Shown one piece after another: positions 18,493-28,722 of a DNA stretch of 64,000 nt. The stretch comes from an uncultured Gemmatimonadales bacterium. GTDB lineage: Bacteria; Gemmatimonadota; Gemmatimonadetes; Longimicrobiales; RSA9. The notes below the pieces were generated by a model. The model ran no database searches and was not told the origin of the DNA. It saw nothing but the letters and a program-made list of their open reading frames with translations. Location of the stretch: assembly GCA_963783305.1 (NCBI GenBank), contig CAWAMW010000002.1:352001-416000 (forward strand), written 5' to 3'. A program made the translations under genes and the position numbers. The number at the start of each line of letters is the position of its first letter. Positions within the stretch are counted from its first letter, which is position 1.

Positions 18493-18942
18493 ATGTACTC
18501 GCACAAACGGTACTCGATCAGGATCCGGGATGGTGTCGGCCGATACGGCGATGACCCCGGCCCCGCCGAGGAGCACCCGGGGGCACAGGCGCTCCAGGAC
18601 CTGCCGGGCGCGGCCGTTCACCATATCCCGCTCATTGTGGCGCGCTATGCGGCCGTGCGGGCGTGGTCGCTCCACTTCCAATCCGCCCCTGCCGTAGTGG
18701 TCGAGCACGCCACGAGCGCCGCCACGGCGCACCTGCAGGCGACAGGCAGCGGCTGGGTGGAAAACGAGATGCTGCGTCAGGCCGTCGAGGCACCCGGGGA
18801 CAGCGCCGTTCTCGACCTGCTCCTTTCTGCGGCGACGGCCGCCGACGCCGTGGGTCACGTCCACGGTGCCCGTGCATTGCGGGAACTCGTGCACCGAGCG
18901 CGCTGGCGGGCGAGTGGATATCGGCCGTCGCGCCCTGGATAG
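18493..18942 (+). CDS. Hypothetical protein
   Basis: ATG-started 149 aa ORF filling the gap between same-strand genes; no recognisable motif. Confidence 0.5.
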   Translation: MYSHKRYSIRIRDGVGRYGDDPGPAEEHPGAQALQDLPGAAVHHIPLIVARYAAVRAWSLHFQSAPAVVVEHATSAATAHLQATGSGWVENEMLRQAVEAPGDSAVLDLLLSAATAADAVGHVHGARALRELVHRARWRASGYRPSRPG

Positions 18943-18951
18943 GGGGGGCGT

Positions 18952-19167
18952 GTGACCGGCGGGTTCACGGCACCGGAGCGGAAGGCGCTCGCGACGGCAC
19001 TCGCGCGCGGAGAAGAGCCGCCGTGCCCCGCGTGCGGTGCGGCGCTGAGCCAGCGGCCGGTCCCGCCATCAAGGCAGGTGTCCTACGTCCGGCGCCGGGT
19101 GTGGCTGCTGTGCCCGTCCTGCAAGCGGACGGGCGCGGTGGACGTGCGGGATAGCCCGGAGGGCTGA
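18952..19167 (+). CDS. Small zinc-ribbon protein
   Basis: 71 aa with CPACG and CPSC; G-rich SD upstream. Confidence 0.6.
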   Translation: MTGGFTAPERKALATALARGEEPPCPACGAALSQRPVPPSRQVSYVRRRVWLLCPSCKRTGAVDVRDSPEG

Positions 19168-19184
19168 GCCGACGGCTGGCACCG

Positions 19185-20198
19185 TCAGCGAGGGCGAGCC
19201 ACCATGATGCCGTCCTGCCCGTCGATCCGGAGGATCCGGACGGCCAGCGGCTGGTCGCTGATCTCCAGCACCTTCCCCACCAGGGGGGCATGCATGAGGT
19301 GCAGCTGCCCGTCCTGCCAGAGGGCGAATCCGGTGTGGGCCACGTCGAGTCCCTCGATGCTGCTGGTCGCCGCGATGATGTCGCCGTCGCGGATCCCATC
19401 GGCGGCCCTGGCGATGTCCTCCTGCGGGATCCTGCTGAGGCTCCTGGCGCTCAGCGCGTCCTCGATCTCGCGGATCTCGGCGATGCGCGCAGCGTCGCCA
19501 TTCAGCTTCGGGTAGGCATCGGAGTGCGAGGACATGAAGTCGATGACCTCGTCGTAGGGCTTCCCGCCCAGGTCGGCGGTGACATTCCGGACGAGCCCGA
19601 GCTCCTCGTTGTCGGCGATCCACTCGCTGAAGTAGTGCAACCGGCTGACGTATCCGTCGAGCTGACCATCGCGAAACCGGATACGGGCGAGTTCGTTCAC
19701 GAACGCATCGAAATCTCCGCCGCCGTCGCGGATCAGCCGTGACAGCGCGAGAACGCTCTCGACGTATGTGACGCAGTCGAGCTCTCGCAGGTTCACCACC
19801 ACGCGCTCCGGCCCCGGAATCTCGAGGGTCTGCGCGGTATAGGGCTGGCCGACGAAGCGCCGGCCGGTGCGGACGATGATCTCGCCAATGGGCAGCGTGT
19901 CCATCCGGTTCTCGCTCGCCCACGCCATGATCTCTCCCAAGATCTCCACGTCCTCGGGCGTGTAGACGACCTGGTCGCGAATGATCGCCGAGGGTGCGGG
20001 CTCGGCCGCGTCCAGGGGTGCGGCGGGTCCGTTGAGGGCCCCGGTGCCGGCGAGGTTTTCGCCGGCCTCCCCCTCGGTGGCGGCGTTGCCGCTGAGGGGT
20101 CCCTCGTCGCCGGAGTCGAGGCCGCGGCCGATGAGGAACCAGCCCGCGATCAGGAGGATACCTATGAGTGCGAGAACGTATGCGTAAGGCTTTCCCAT
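19185..20198 (-). CDS. DUF1460 (NlpC/P60-like) N-acetylmuramoyl-L-alanine amidase-like protein
   Basis: N-terminal TM anchor; LDCVTYVE, RLHYFSEWI, GLDVAHTG, LMHA. Confidence 0.88.
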   Translation of the reverse strand: MGKPYAYVLALIGILLIAGWFLIGRGLDSGDEGPLSGNAATEGEAGENLAGTGALNGPAAPLDAAEPAPSAIIRDQVVYTPEDVEILGEIMAWASENRMDTLPIGEIIVRTGRRFVGQPYTAQTLEIPGPERVVVNLRELDCVTYVESVLALSRLIRDGGGDFDAFVNELARIRFRDGQLDGYVSRLHYFSEWIADNEELGLVRNVTADLGGKPYDEVIDFMSSHSDAYPKLNGDAARIAEIREIEDALSARSLSRIPQEDIARAADGIRDGDIIAATSSIEGLDVAHTGFALWQDGQLHLMHAPLVGKVLEISDQPLAVRILRIDGQDGIMVARPR

Positions 20199-20211
20199 GG
20201 TCGGTCGGGGG

Positions 20212-20227
20212 TGCAAGGCGCGTACCC
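20212..20227 (-). promoter_or_regulatory. Sigma54-type -24/-12 element
   Basis: GGGTACGCGCCTTGCA (GG-N10-GC), ending 14 nt before ATG 20198. Confidence 0.45.
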
Positions 20228-20297
20228 GGTGCGTCTTTGACTTCTCGCCCCAAAGAGCGGACTTTTGGAATCCACGTCAACCTGTGCCCTGCGCGCC

Positions 20298-21986
20298 ATG
20301 CCGAAACGAACGGAAGCGGGTCTCCCGGTACTGCGGATGCGTCCTGTCCCCAAGGGGCGGACCGTCGACGCGGAGGCGCTGGACGAGGTGAGGGCGCTGC
20401 TCGGCGACGCCCCACGACGCCGCGACCTGTTGATCGAGCACCTGCACCGGGTCCAGGACCATTACGGCCACCTCTCCGACCGGCACCTCCTGGCGCTGGC
20501 CCGGGAGCTGGACCTGACGGCCGCCGAGGTCTACGAGGTCGCCACCTTCTACCACCACTTCGATGTGGTGAAGGACGGCGGTGAGTCCCCGGCGTCGCTG
20601 ACCATCCGGGTGTGCGACTCCATCGCGTGCGACATGGCCGGGTCGGCCGAGCTCCTCGCGCAGCTGCGGGATCGGCTGGGGGGCCGGGTCCGGGTACAGG
20701 CGGCGCCGTGCATCGGGCGGTGCGAGCGGGCGCCTGCGGCGTTCGTTGCGGACCGCGCCGTGGACCACGCCACGGTAGAGGCGCTGGAGAGCGTCGTCCT
20801 GAGCGACGACCCCACCGCCGAGCTGCCGGACTACCGCCGGATGCCCCTGTATCGGGAGGCCGGCGGCTACGACATGCTCGCGGAGTGCCTGGCAGGGGAC
20901 CGGAGCGCGGAATCGGTGATCGAGAGGCTGGACGCCTCCGGGCTCAAGGGCCTGGGTGGCGCGGGCTTCCCCGCCGCGCGCAAATGGGGCTTCGTCCGCT
21001 CGGAGCCGGGCCCGAGGGCCGTCGTGGTGAATGCGGATGAGGGGGAGCCGGGCACCTTCAAGGACCGGTTCATCATGGAGACGGATCCCCATCGAATGCT
21101 GGAGGGGATGCTCATCGCGGCGTGGGCCGTGGAAGCCGAGCAGGTCTTCATCTACCTGCGCGACGAGTACCCGCACTGTCGGTTGGCGATGAGCGCGGCG
21201 CTGGACGAGCTGCGGGCGAACGCCACCGGTGCCCTCCCGCAGATCCACCTGCGACGCGGCGCGGGCGCGTACATCTGCGGCGAGGAGACGGCGCTCATCG
21301 AGTCGCTGGAGGGGAAGCGCGGGGAGCCGCGGCTCCGTCCGCCGTTCCCTGCCCAGCGGGGCGTCTTCGGGATGCCGACGCTCGTGCACAACGTGGAGAC
21401 GCTCTACTGGATCCCGGAGATCCTGGCGCGGGGCGGCGAGTGGTTCGCGGCCGCCGGGCGCGACGGTCACCCCGGCCAGCGCTTCTATTCCGTGAGCGGC
21501 CGGGTGAAGAAGCCGGGCGTCCACCTGGCGCCGAACGGCACGTCGGTGCGTGAGTTGATCGACGAGTTCGCCGGCGGCATGGTGGAAGGGCACACCTTCT
21601 ACGCGTACCTGCCGGGCGGCGCGTCCGGCGGGATCCTGCCGGCCCGGCTGGGAGACCTGCCGCTGGATTTCGGCGGCGACCTGGGCGAGTACGGGTGCTT
21701 CGTGGGGTCGGGCGCCATCGTCGTGTTGAGCGACCGGGACAGCGCCCGTGCGGCGGCGCTCAACATCATGCGCTTCTTCGCCCACGAGTCGTGCGGCAAG
21801 TGCACGCCCTGCCGGGTGGGCACGGCCAAGGCCGTGAAGCTGCTGGAGGAGCCGGCGCTCGACCGTGACCTCATGAAGGAGCTGGGGGACGCCATGGCGG
21901 ACGCGTCCATCTGCGGACTCGGACAGGCGGCGCCGAACGTGATACACAGGGTGCTGGAGCACTTCCCGGAGGAGTTCGACGCATGA
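20298..21986 (+). CDS. NAD-dependent formate dehydrogenase beta subunit (NuoE+NuoF-like fusion; FMN and Fe-S)
   Basis: EVATFYHHF, RVCDSIAC, PCIGRC, GLGGAGFP, NADEGEPGTFKDR, GAGAYICGEET, ESCGKCTPCRVG, SICGLGQ. Confidence 0.92.
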   Translation: MPKRTEAGLPVLRMRPVPKGRTVDAEALDEVRALLGDAPRRRDLLIEHLHRVQDHYGHLSDRHLLALARELDLTAAEVYEVATFYHHFDVVKDGGESPASLTIRVCDSIACDMAGSAELLAQLRDRLGGRVRVQAAPCIGRCERAPAAFVADRAVDHATVEALESVVLSDDPTAELPDYRRMPLYREAGGYDMLAECLAGDRSAESVIERLDASGLKGLGGAGFPAARKWGFVRSEPGPRAVVVNADEGEPGTFKDRFIMETDPHRMLEGMLIAAWAVEAEQVFIYLRDEYPHCRLAMSAALDELRANATGALPQIHLRRGAGAYICGEETALIESLEGKRGEPRLRPPFPAQRGVFGMPTLVHNVETLYWIPEILARGGEWFAAAGRDGHPGQRFYSVSGRVKKPGVHLAPNGTSVRELIDEFAGGMVEGHTFYAYLPGGASGGILPARLGDLPLDFGGDLGEYGCFVGSGAIVVLSDRDSARAAALNIMRFFAHESCGKCTPCRVGTAKAVKLLEEPALDRDLMKELGDAMADASICGLGQAAPNVIHRVLEHFPEEFDA

Positions 21987-24853
21987 GCCACGAGAACGAG
22001 GGCGTCCGGTTCAGCCTGGACGATACCGCGATCGAGGCCCGGCCGGGCGAGACCATCCTCCAGGCCGCGGAGCGTAACGGAGTGGGGGTTCCCCACCTCT
22101 GCTACACGGAGGGAATGCGCGTGGACGGCAACTGCCGCGCGTGCGTGGTGGAAATCGAGGGCGAGCGGACGCTGGCGCCGTCGTGCTACCGCCGGCCAAC
22201 ACCCGGAATGGTGGTGCACACGGCGAACGATCGGGCGCGCGCGTCGCAGAAAATGGTGCTGGAGCTCCTCCTGAGCGACGTGACCGAGGAGCGCTACCGC
22301 GACGACTCGGAGCTCCATTTCTGGGCCGACTCCCTCGGCGTCACGAACGGCCGGTTCCCGCAGCGCGAGCAGCCGGCGCCCGACTACTCCCACGCCGGCA
22401 TCACGGTCCGGCTGGACGCGTGCATCCAGTGCACGCGCTGCGTCCGCGCCTGCCGCGAGGTGCAGGTCAACGATGTCATCGGGTACGCCAACCGGGGCAA
22501 CGACGCGAAGATCGTCTTCGATTTCGACGACCCCATGGGGCAGAGCACGTGCGTGGCGTGCGGCGAGTGCGTCCAGGCGTGCCCCACGGGCGCCCTCATG
22601 CCGCGCTCCATCGACGCGCCGCTCTCGACGCTCTTCCCCGTCCACGACACGTATGCACCCGCGGAGCTGGCCGGGAACGGCGTGGCGCAGGACGGCGTGG
22701 CCGAGGACGGCGTCAACTCGGTGGCCTCACTCTGTCCGTACTGCGGCGTGGGCTGCCAGGTGACCTATCACGAGGAGGACGGCCGCATCACCCACACCAC
22801 CGGGCGGGATGGCCCGGCCAACCGGGGGCGACTGTGCGTGAAGGGCCGGTTCGGCTTCGACTACGTGCACAACCGGCAGCGTCTCACGCGCCCACTCATC
22901 CGGCGCGAGGGCGTGCCGAAGCGGGCGGACACGCTGGTGGACCCGAGAGATTTCGGCGCCACCTTCCGGGAAGCGAGCTGGGAGGAGGCTCTGGACGTGG
23001 CGGCCGCGGGGCTCCGCCAGATCCGTGAGGAGAGCGGTGGCTCGGCGCTGGCCGGGTTCGGGTCGGCGAAGGGGAGCAACGAGGAGGCGTACCTGTTCCA
23101 GAAGCTGATCCGGACGGGCTTCGGGACCAACAACGTGGACCACTGCACGCGGCTGTGCCATGCCTCGAGCGTGGCGGCGCTCCTCGAGATGATCGGGAGC
23201 GGCGCGGTCTCGAACCCGTTCGCCGATGTCCAGTTCGCGGACGTTTTCATCGTGATCGGCGCGAACCCCACCGTGAACCATCCGGTGGCGGCGACCTTCA
23301 TGAAGAACGCGATCGAGGCGGGTTCGAAATTCATCCTCATCGACCCGCGGGCCACGGAGATGTCGCGGCTCGCCACCCACTCCTTCCAGTTCCAGCCGGG
23401 CACCGACGTGGCGCTCCTCAACGCCATGCTCCATACCATCGTCACGGAGAACCTCATCGACCGGGACTTCATCGACACTCGCACGGACGGCTGGGACACG
23501 TTCCGGAAGTCGATCATCCCGTATTCACCCGAGGCCATGGAGGGGATCTGCGGGATCCCCGCCGCCGACATCCGGGCGGCTGCGCGGCTCTACGCGACCG
23601 CGCCCAACTCCATGATCTTCTGGGGCATGGGGATCGCCCAGCACACCCACGGCACCGACAACGCCCGCTGTCTGATCAACCTGGCGCTCATCACCGGTCA
23701 GATCGGCCGGCGCGGCGCCGGGCTGCACCCGCTACGGGGTCAGAACAACGTGCAGGGCGCCTCCGACATGGGGCTCATCCCCATGGTCTATCCCGATTAC
23801 CAGAACGTGGCCGACCCGGAGACCCGATCGCGATTCGAGGCGTTCTGGGGCACCGAGCTCGATCCGGAGCCGGGGCTGACGGTGGTGGAGATCATGAACG
23901 CCGCACTCCGTCGCGAGATCCGCGGCATGTACATCATGGGGGAGAACCCCGCCATGTCCGACCCGGACCTCGAGCACGTCCGCGAGGCCCTCGCCGGCCT
24001 CGACTGCCTGGTGGTGCAGGAAATCTTCCTCACAGAGACCGCCTCGTTCGCTGACGTGGTCCTGCCCGCCTCCGCGTTCCCGGAGAAGACCGGAACGTTC
24101 ACAAACAGCGACCGCCGCGTGCAGATCGGCCGGCAGGTGCTGGACCCGCCGGGAGAAGCCCGCCAGGACCTCTGGGTCATCCAGGAGCTCGCGCATCGCC
24201 TGGGTCTCGAGTGGGACTACGACGGGCCGGCCGCCGTGTTCGACGAGATTCGCCGCTGCACGCCGAGCATGGCCGGAATCACCTGGGAGCGGCTCGAGCG
24301 CGACCACGCGGTCACCTACCCCTGCCGCGAGGAGGGTGATCCCGGGACGGAGGTCCTCTTCGAGACCGCGTTCCCCACGCCGAACGGGCGGGGCCACCTG
24401 AAGCCGGTGGGTTATACCGAGTCCGCCGAGCTACCCGACGACGAGTACCCGGACATCCTCATCACCGGGCGGATCCTCGAGCACTGGCACACCGGCGCCA
24501 TGACCCGCCGGGCCACGGTGCTGGATGCGATCGAGCCGCTGCCGATGGTATCGGTGAACCCGGCGGCCGTTCAGGCGCTGGGCGTGGAGCCCGGAGATGC
24601 GGTCACGCTCGAGACACGGCGCGGGTCGGTGGCCGCCCTGGTACGGGTGGATCCGAGCGTGCCGGAGGGCGCCGTATTCCTCCCGTTCTGCTACGTGGAG
24701 GCGCCCGCCAACCTGATGACCAACCCGGAGCTGGACCCGGACGGGAAGATCCCGGAGTTCAAGTACTGCGCGGTGCGGGTCTCGAAAGGCGGCGATGTGA
24801 AGCCCGCCGGGTTCGCGGCGGCCACCCTGTCCTCCGAAGGCGACGCCTCCTAG
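21983..24853 (+). CDS. fdhF: Formate dehydrogenase alpha subunit (Mo/W-bisPGD, Cys ligand)
   Basis: N-terminal 2Fe-2S and 4Fe-4S motifs, CPYCGVGC, LCVKG, DHCTRLCHA, LRGQNNVQG, HWHTGAMT, IPEFKYC. ATGA overlap with the beta gene. Confidence 0.93.
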   Translation: MSHENEGVRFSLDDTAIEARPGETILQAAERNGVGVPHLCYTEGMRVDGNCRACVVEIEGERTLAPSCYRRPTPGMVVHTANDRARASQKMVLELLLSDVTEERYRDDSELHFWADSLGVTNGRFPQREQPAPDYSHAGITVRLDACIQCTRCVRACREVQVNDVIGYANRGNDAKIVFDFDDPMGQSTCVACGECVQACPTGALMPRSIDAPLSTLFPVHDTYAPAELAGNGVAQDGVAEDGVNSVASLCPYCGVGCQVTYHEEDGRITHTTGRDGPANRGRLCVKGRFGFDYVHNRQRLTRPLIRREGVPKRADTLVDPRDFGATFREASWEEALDVAAAGLRQIREESGGSALAGFGSAKGSNEEAYLFQKLIRTGFGTNNVDHCTRLCHASSVAALLEMIGSGAVSNPFADVQFADVFIVIGANPTVNHPVAATFMKNAIEAGSKFILIDPRATEMSRLATHSFQFQPGTDVALLNAMLHTIVTENLIDRDFIDTRTDGWDTFRKSIIPYSPEAMEGICGIPAADIRAAARLYATAPNSMIFWGMGIAQHTHGTDNARCLINLALITGQIGRRGAGLHPLRGQNNVQGASDMGLIPMVYPDYQNVADPETRSRFEAFWGTELDPEPGLTVVEIMNAALRREIRGMYIMGENPAMSDPDLEHVREALAGLDCLVVQEIFLTETASFADVVLPASAFPEKTGTFTNSDRRVQIGRQVLDPPGEARQDLWVIQELAHRLGLEWDYDGPAAVFDEIRRCTPSMAGITWERLERDHAVTYPCREEGDPGTEVLFETAFPTPNGRGHLKPVGYTESAELPDDEYPDILITGRILEHWHTGAMTRRATVLDAIEPLPMVSVNPAAVQALGVEPGDAVTLETRRGSVAALVRVDPSVPEGAVFLPFCYVEAPANLMTNPELDPDGKIPEFKYCAVRVSKGGDVKPAGFAAATLSSEGDAS

Positions 24854-25500
24854 CCGACGACGGAGATCCGCGGCGCCAGCCACTCCGCGGCATCCGCCAA
24901 CTCCTCCGGCGTGATGCCGTGGCCGATGGGATAATCCCGCTCCTCGAGCTCAGCCTCCGCCCGCCTCATCGCCGCCCGGCCGCGGACCGCAAGCGCGTGA
25001 CCCACCGCCGGATCGCGCGTGCCGTGCCCCCACCAGAATGACGTACCCGCCACAGCGGCCGGAGTCACGTCCACATCCGGGTGCTCTGGCAGGAACCCGC
25101 TGAAGACGAGAACGCTCGGCACGGCGCCGGGGTTCCGCAGCGCGTGACCCAGGCTCATGGTCCCGCCCTGCGAGAAACCGCCCAGCGCCACCGGGCCCGG
25201 CTCGAAGCCCACCACCCCGGAGAGCCCCGCCATCAACTCTTCCAGCGCCGCCTGCGAAGACCGGAAGCTCTGCACCTCCGGACGATCCTCGCCCTCGTAC
25301 AGGTACCAGGCCCACCCGGGCCCGTACCCCCACCGCGCACCCGGGTGCGGAGCACGGGGCAGCACCACCGCCGCGCCTTGTCCCAGACGACGACCTACCG
25401 ACGCCAGATCCGATTCGTCCGCACCGCGGCCATGCAGCAGCACGACCACCGGCGTTCCGTCGGTCGCACCGTCCGGGCGAATCACCTGGGTCTCCAGCAT
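24850..25500 (-). CDS. Phospholipase/carboxylesterase family alpha/beta hydrolase
   Basis: LLHGRGAD, GFSQG nucleophile elbow, HGTRD, GHGI. Confidence 0.9.
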   Translation of the reverse strand: MLETQVIRPDGATDGTPVVVLLHGRGADESDLASVGRRLGQGAAVVLPRAPHPGARWGYGPGWAWYLYEGEDRPEVQSFRSSQAALEELMAGLSGVVGFEPGPVALGGFSQGGTMSLGHALRNPGAVPSVLVFSGFLPEHPDVDVTPAAVAGTSFWWGHGTRDPAVGHALAVRGRAAMRRAEAELEERDYPIGHGITPEELADAAEWLAPRISVVG

Positions 25501-25519
25501 CCCGACTTCCCGACCGGGG

Positions 25520-26860
25520 CTACTCGCGGCCGCTCACGTCCCGGAACTCCACGGGGGTGCCGGGGGGCGTCCTCTGCCCGAGTACACCGGCGTCCCAGTT
25601 GGTGAGCCGGACGCAGCCGTGGGAGGTGGCGTAGCCTATGGTCTCCGGTGCGCTGGTCCCGTGAATGCCGTAATGGGGCTTGGAGAGAGCCATCCAGACG
25701 ATTCCGACGGCGTTGTTCGGCCCGGCGGGGAGGAGCGCGTCCTCCTTGCTGGGGTCCACGCGGGACAGCAGGTCGGGCTTGTAGTGCCAGGTCGGATCGA
25801 ACGAGATGGACTCGACACTGAACTCGCCCTCGGGCGAGGGCGCGTAGTCGGCTCCGAGGGTCGACGGGAAGTGATAGAGGATGTTCCCGCCCTGGTCGAG
25901 AGCGTGGAGGTAGTGGCCGCCGTCGGAGATGACGATCCGCGCCACATCACCGCCCCCCGTGTATTTGCCATCGGGCAGCTCCCCGATATGGAAGGCATCG
26001 ACGGCCGGCACCGTCAGCGACTCGCCCGCCGTGACAGTGTTGAGGTCCACGCCGGGGTTCAGCTGCTCCAGGAGCTTAGGAGTGGCGTGGAAGACCTCGG
26101 CGAGCTGCTCGCGCTTCGACTCATAGCAGAGGCACGGCTGCTCGGCGCGCTCATAGACCTCCTCGGGGAGATCCTGGAACGGGCCGGAAATATCCGCCTC
26201 CGTCAGCCGCCGAGTCGTCACCACCTCGCCCTGCGCGCCGCTCTCCAACGCCTCCATGGTGCGCTGGTCCACTCCGCCGCTGGCGTCCAAGCCGTTTGCC
26301 TTCTGGAACCAGTACACCGCCTTCTCCGTGTTCTTGCCCCAGCGCCCATCGATCACGCCTGGCGAGAACCGGTTCATGTCCAGCAGGATCTGGAGCCGGG
26401 CGATGGTGGGCCCCTCGCGATCGCCGGTTATGGGGAGCCCGCGTGCCGGAGCGTTCACGGTTTCGCCGCTGATGTCGTCCCAGCCGAGAGAGTCGAATGG
26501 CGTGGCGTCACTCCCACCAGCGTCCCCGGAGTCTCTGCCCGCGGCAGCGGCGTCTCCGGCCGCACCCGCTGAGGACGCGGTGGCGCCATTTGTCCGGCGC
26601 GCGACCTGCGCAGCAGAGCGGGCTCCGATAGTATCGGCCTCGGCGAACCTCTTCCAGGTCGAATCGAGGCGGCCCGCCTCCAGCTCCTGTGCCGACAGTT
26701 CGGCCGGTCCACTGGCGAGGGCGGTGGCCGGCTCAAGCGCGGTGGCCGGCTCGGCGGTGGCGTCAGCGTCGGAGCGCTGGACATCCGCGTCGTCTCCATC
26801 CACGCAGGCGGTCAGGAGGAGGAAGGCTACGGCAAGGGCGGGGGCATGGAATCGGATCAT
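25520..26860 (-). CDS. L,D-transpeptidase lipoprotein with peptidoglycan-binding domain
   Basis: Lipobox LLLTAC; PG-binding LQILLD...PGVIDGRWGKNT; YkuD motif GIHGT...SHGCVRL. Confidence 0.9.
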   Translation of the reverse strand: MIRFHAPALAVAFLLLTACVDGDDADVQRSDADATAEPATALEPATALASGPAELSAQELEAGRLDSTWKRFAEADTIGARSAAQVARRTNGATASSAGAAGDAAAAGRDSGDAGGSDATPFDSLGWDDISGETVNAPARGLPITGDREGPTIARLQILLDMNRFSPGVIDGRWGKNTEKAVYWFQKANGLDASGGVDQRTMEALESGAQGEVVTTRRLTEADISGPFQDLPEEVYERAEQPCLCYESKREQLAEVFHATPKLLEQLNPGVDLNTVTAGESLTVPAVDAFHIGELPDGKYTGGGDVARIVISDGGHYLHALDQGGNILYHFPSTLGADYAPSPEGEFSVESISFDPTWHYKPDLLSRVDPSKEDALLPAGPNNAVGIVWMALSKPHYGIHGTSAPETIGYATSHGCVRLTNWDAGVLGQRTPPGTPVEFRDVSGRE

Positions 26861-26899
26861 GGTTCCTCTCGTCGGTCGTGTAACACCGACTGATCCGGG

Positions 26900-26915
26900 T
26901 GCAATGGCCGTGCCC
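26900..26915 (-). promoter_or_regulatory. Sigma54-type -24/-12 element
   Basis: GGGCACGGCCATTGCA, 40 nt upstream of ATG 26860; close to the TGGCAC-N5-TTGCA consensus. Confidence 0.55.
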
Positions 26916-27050
26916 CCGCGCGCGGTCGGTGGCTGCGTTGGCTACCGGTGCGGCGTCCACGGAGCCAGCCGGTGAGCGCCGCGGCCCCGGGTGACCGCGC
27001 GACCCCGGGGGAGCGCCGCTGCCTCGCGCCGCCGCTGCCTCGCGCCGCCG

Positions 27051-28634
27051 CTAGCCTTGGACGCCGGCCACCTTTTCCAGGTGGGCGAACAGGTCGGCCT
27101 GGCGCTGGCCGCCACTGTGGATGACCTCGGCGGCCTTCATGAGCTGGGCGTCGTGCTCGGCGTCCCTCTCCTTGGCGAAACCCTCGCCGAACGCGAGGCG
27201 GCCGATGCGGTCGAGAAGGACGCGGTCAATGTAGGTGGAGCCGGCATCGAACAGAGGTCGGTCGAGCTCGATCCCTTTCGCGACCAGCCGGTCGTAGAGC
27301 TCGGTCCGCCATTCGGGACGGATCACGAAGTCGCGGCCGACGTCGACCTTGAGCTCCTCCGCCAGGTCGAAGAGGGTGACGCTGAACTCCGGCGATCGGG
27401 CGAGGAGCACCTTCACGAGATCCTGCTCGTCGGTGGTGAGGGTGTCGGGCTCCACCTCGAGGTCGGGCATGATCCCTCCGCCGCCGTAGACTACGCGACC
27501 GGCATCGGAGTGGTAGGTGGGGCGCTGGTCGCGGCCGGCGCCGAAGTGGACGGAGTCCTCCACCTCCACGAGGCGTCCATTCTCGAGCACGCGCTCCCTG
27601 TGTATGCTGCGTCCGCTGGGTGTGAACCATTTGCCGGTGGTCATCTTGAGGACGTAGCCGCCCTCAACGCGGTAGGCCGTCTGCACCAATCCCTTCCCGA
27701 AGGAGGTGGTGCCCAGCACCACGGCCCGGTCGTGGTCCTGGAGCGCGCCCGCGACGATCTCCGACGCGGACGCCGAAGCGCCGTCCACGAGGATCACCAG
27801 CGGGAGGTCCGGCGCGAGCGGTGGGTTCTCGCTGCGGTACTCGAAGTCCTCGCTCCCTCGCTCCCACTGCCGGGCCACCTGGGCGCCCTTCGGCAGGAAC
27901 ATGCCGGCGATCTGGACGGCCTGCTCCACGATCCCGCCGCCGTTGCCACGGAGGTCCAGCACGAGCCCCGCCACGCCCGCCGCCTCGAGCTCGCGCACGG
28001 AGGCCGCCACCTCGCGGGCGGCGGTCTCGTTGAACTGGAGGAGCGGGATATAGCCGATATCACCCTTCACGGTGGTCGCATACGGGACGGCGGGGATCCG
28101 CACCACGGCGCGCGTCATCCGCGTCTCTATGGGACGCGAGACGCCGTACCGGGCAAAGACCACTTCCACCTCGGTGCCGGGCTCACCCTTGAGTGCGTTC
28201 GAGACCTTCTCGAGGGGCCACCCCGCCACCGCCTCACCAGACACGGCCATGATCCGGTCGCCCATCTGCACGCCGGTCCGCTCGGCCGGCGTGCTGGGGA
28301 AAACGCGTCGCACGACGGGTGTGCCCTCCTGCGTCTCGATCAGCATCCCGACGCCGGCGTAGTGGCCTTCGTAGGCCACCGTGAACTCCTCCATTTCCTC
28401 GGGACTGAACAGGTCGGCGTAGGGGTCTTCCAGCCGGTCGACCAGCCCCACGGCCGCGCGCTCATAGACCTCGGAGACGTCCAGTGTATCGACGTATCGT
28501 GTGGTTACGAGGGTGAGGACATCGCGGAAGAGCTCGGGGCCGGTCTGCGCGTCCTGGTCGGGGAGGACATAGCCTCCCAGCAGGAAAGTGGCGGCGAGGA
28601 CCGCTGCGAAACCGGCCTTTCGTACGTGCTGCAT
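27051..28634 (-). CDS. S41 family carboxyl-terminal processing protease (PDZ)
   Basis: Signal peptide, PDZ domain, LDLRGNGGG, SASASEIVAGALQD, SFGKG, TPSGRSI, GGGIMPD. Confidence 0.92.
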   Translation of the reverse strand: MQHVRKAGFAAVLAATFLLGGYVLPDQDAQTGPELFRDVLTLVTTRYVDTLDVSEVYERAAVGLVDRLEDPYADLFSPEEMEEFTVAYEGHYAGVGMLIETQEGTPVVRRVFPSTPAERTGVQMGDRIMAVSGEAVAGWPLEKVSNALKGEPGTEVEVVFARYGVSRPIETRMTRAVVRIPAVPYATTVKGDIGYIPLLQFNETAAREVAASVRELEAAGVAGLVLDLRGNGGGIVEQAVQIAGMFLPKGAQVARQWERGSEDFEYRSENPPLAPDLPLVILVDGASASASEIVAGALQDHDRAVVLGTTSFGKGLVQTAYRVEGGYVLKMTTGKWFTPSGRSIHRERVLENGRLVEVEDSVHFGAGRDQRPTYHSDAGRVVYGGGGIMPDLEVEPDTLTTDEQDLVKVLLARSPEFSVTLFDLAEELKVDVGRDFVIRPEWRTELYDRLVAKGIELDRPLFDAGSTYIDRVLLDRIGRLAFGEGFAKERDAEHDAQLMKAAEVIHSGGQRQADLFAHLEKVAGVQG

Positions 28635-28722
28635 TCGGGATCCTGCGGCTATAGGAAGTGTGGAGGGCGGTGCCGCCCGGTATGTCTACTACTCAACGCG
28701 CCAGAGCTGGTTCCCCTGCCAG

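Noticed and set aside
22676..22717. 15-bp tandem repeat in the FDH alpha gene (NGVAQ DGVAE DGVN)
   Set aside because: A short in-frame duplication in an interdomain linker; probably neutral.
23140..23165. Selenocysteine in the formate dehydrogenase
   Set aside because: The active-site codon is TGC (Cys) and the ORF has no in-frame TGA.
27014..27051. 16-bp direct repeat CGCCGCTGCCTCGCGC after the S41 protease stop
   Set aside because: A short GC-rich slippage duplication with no associated element.
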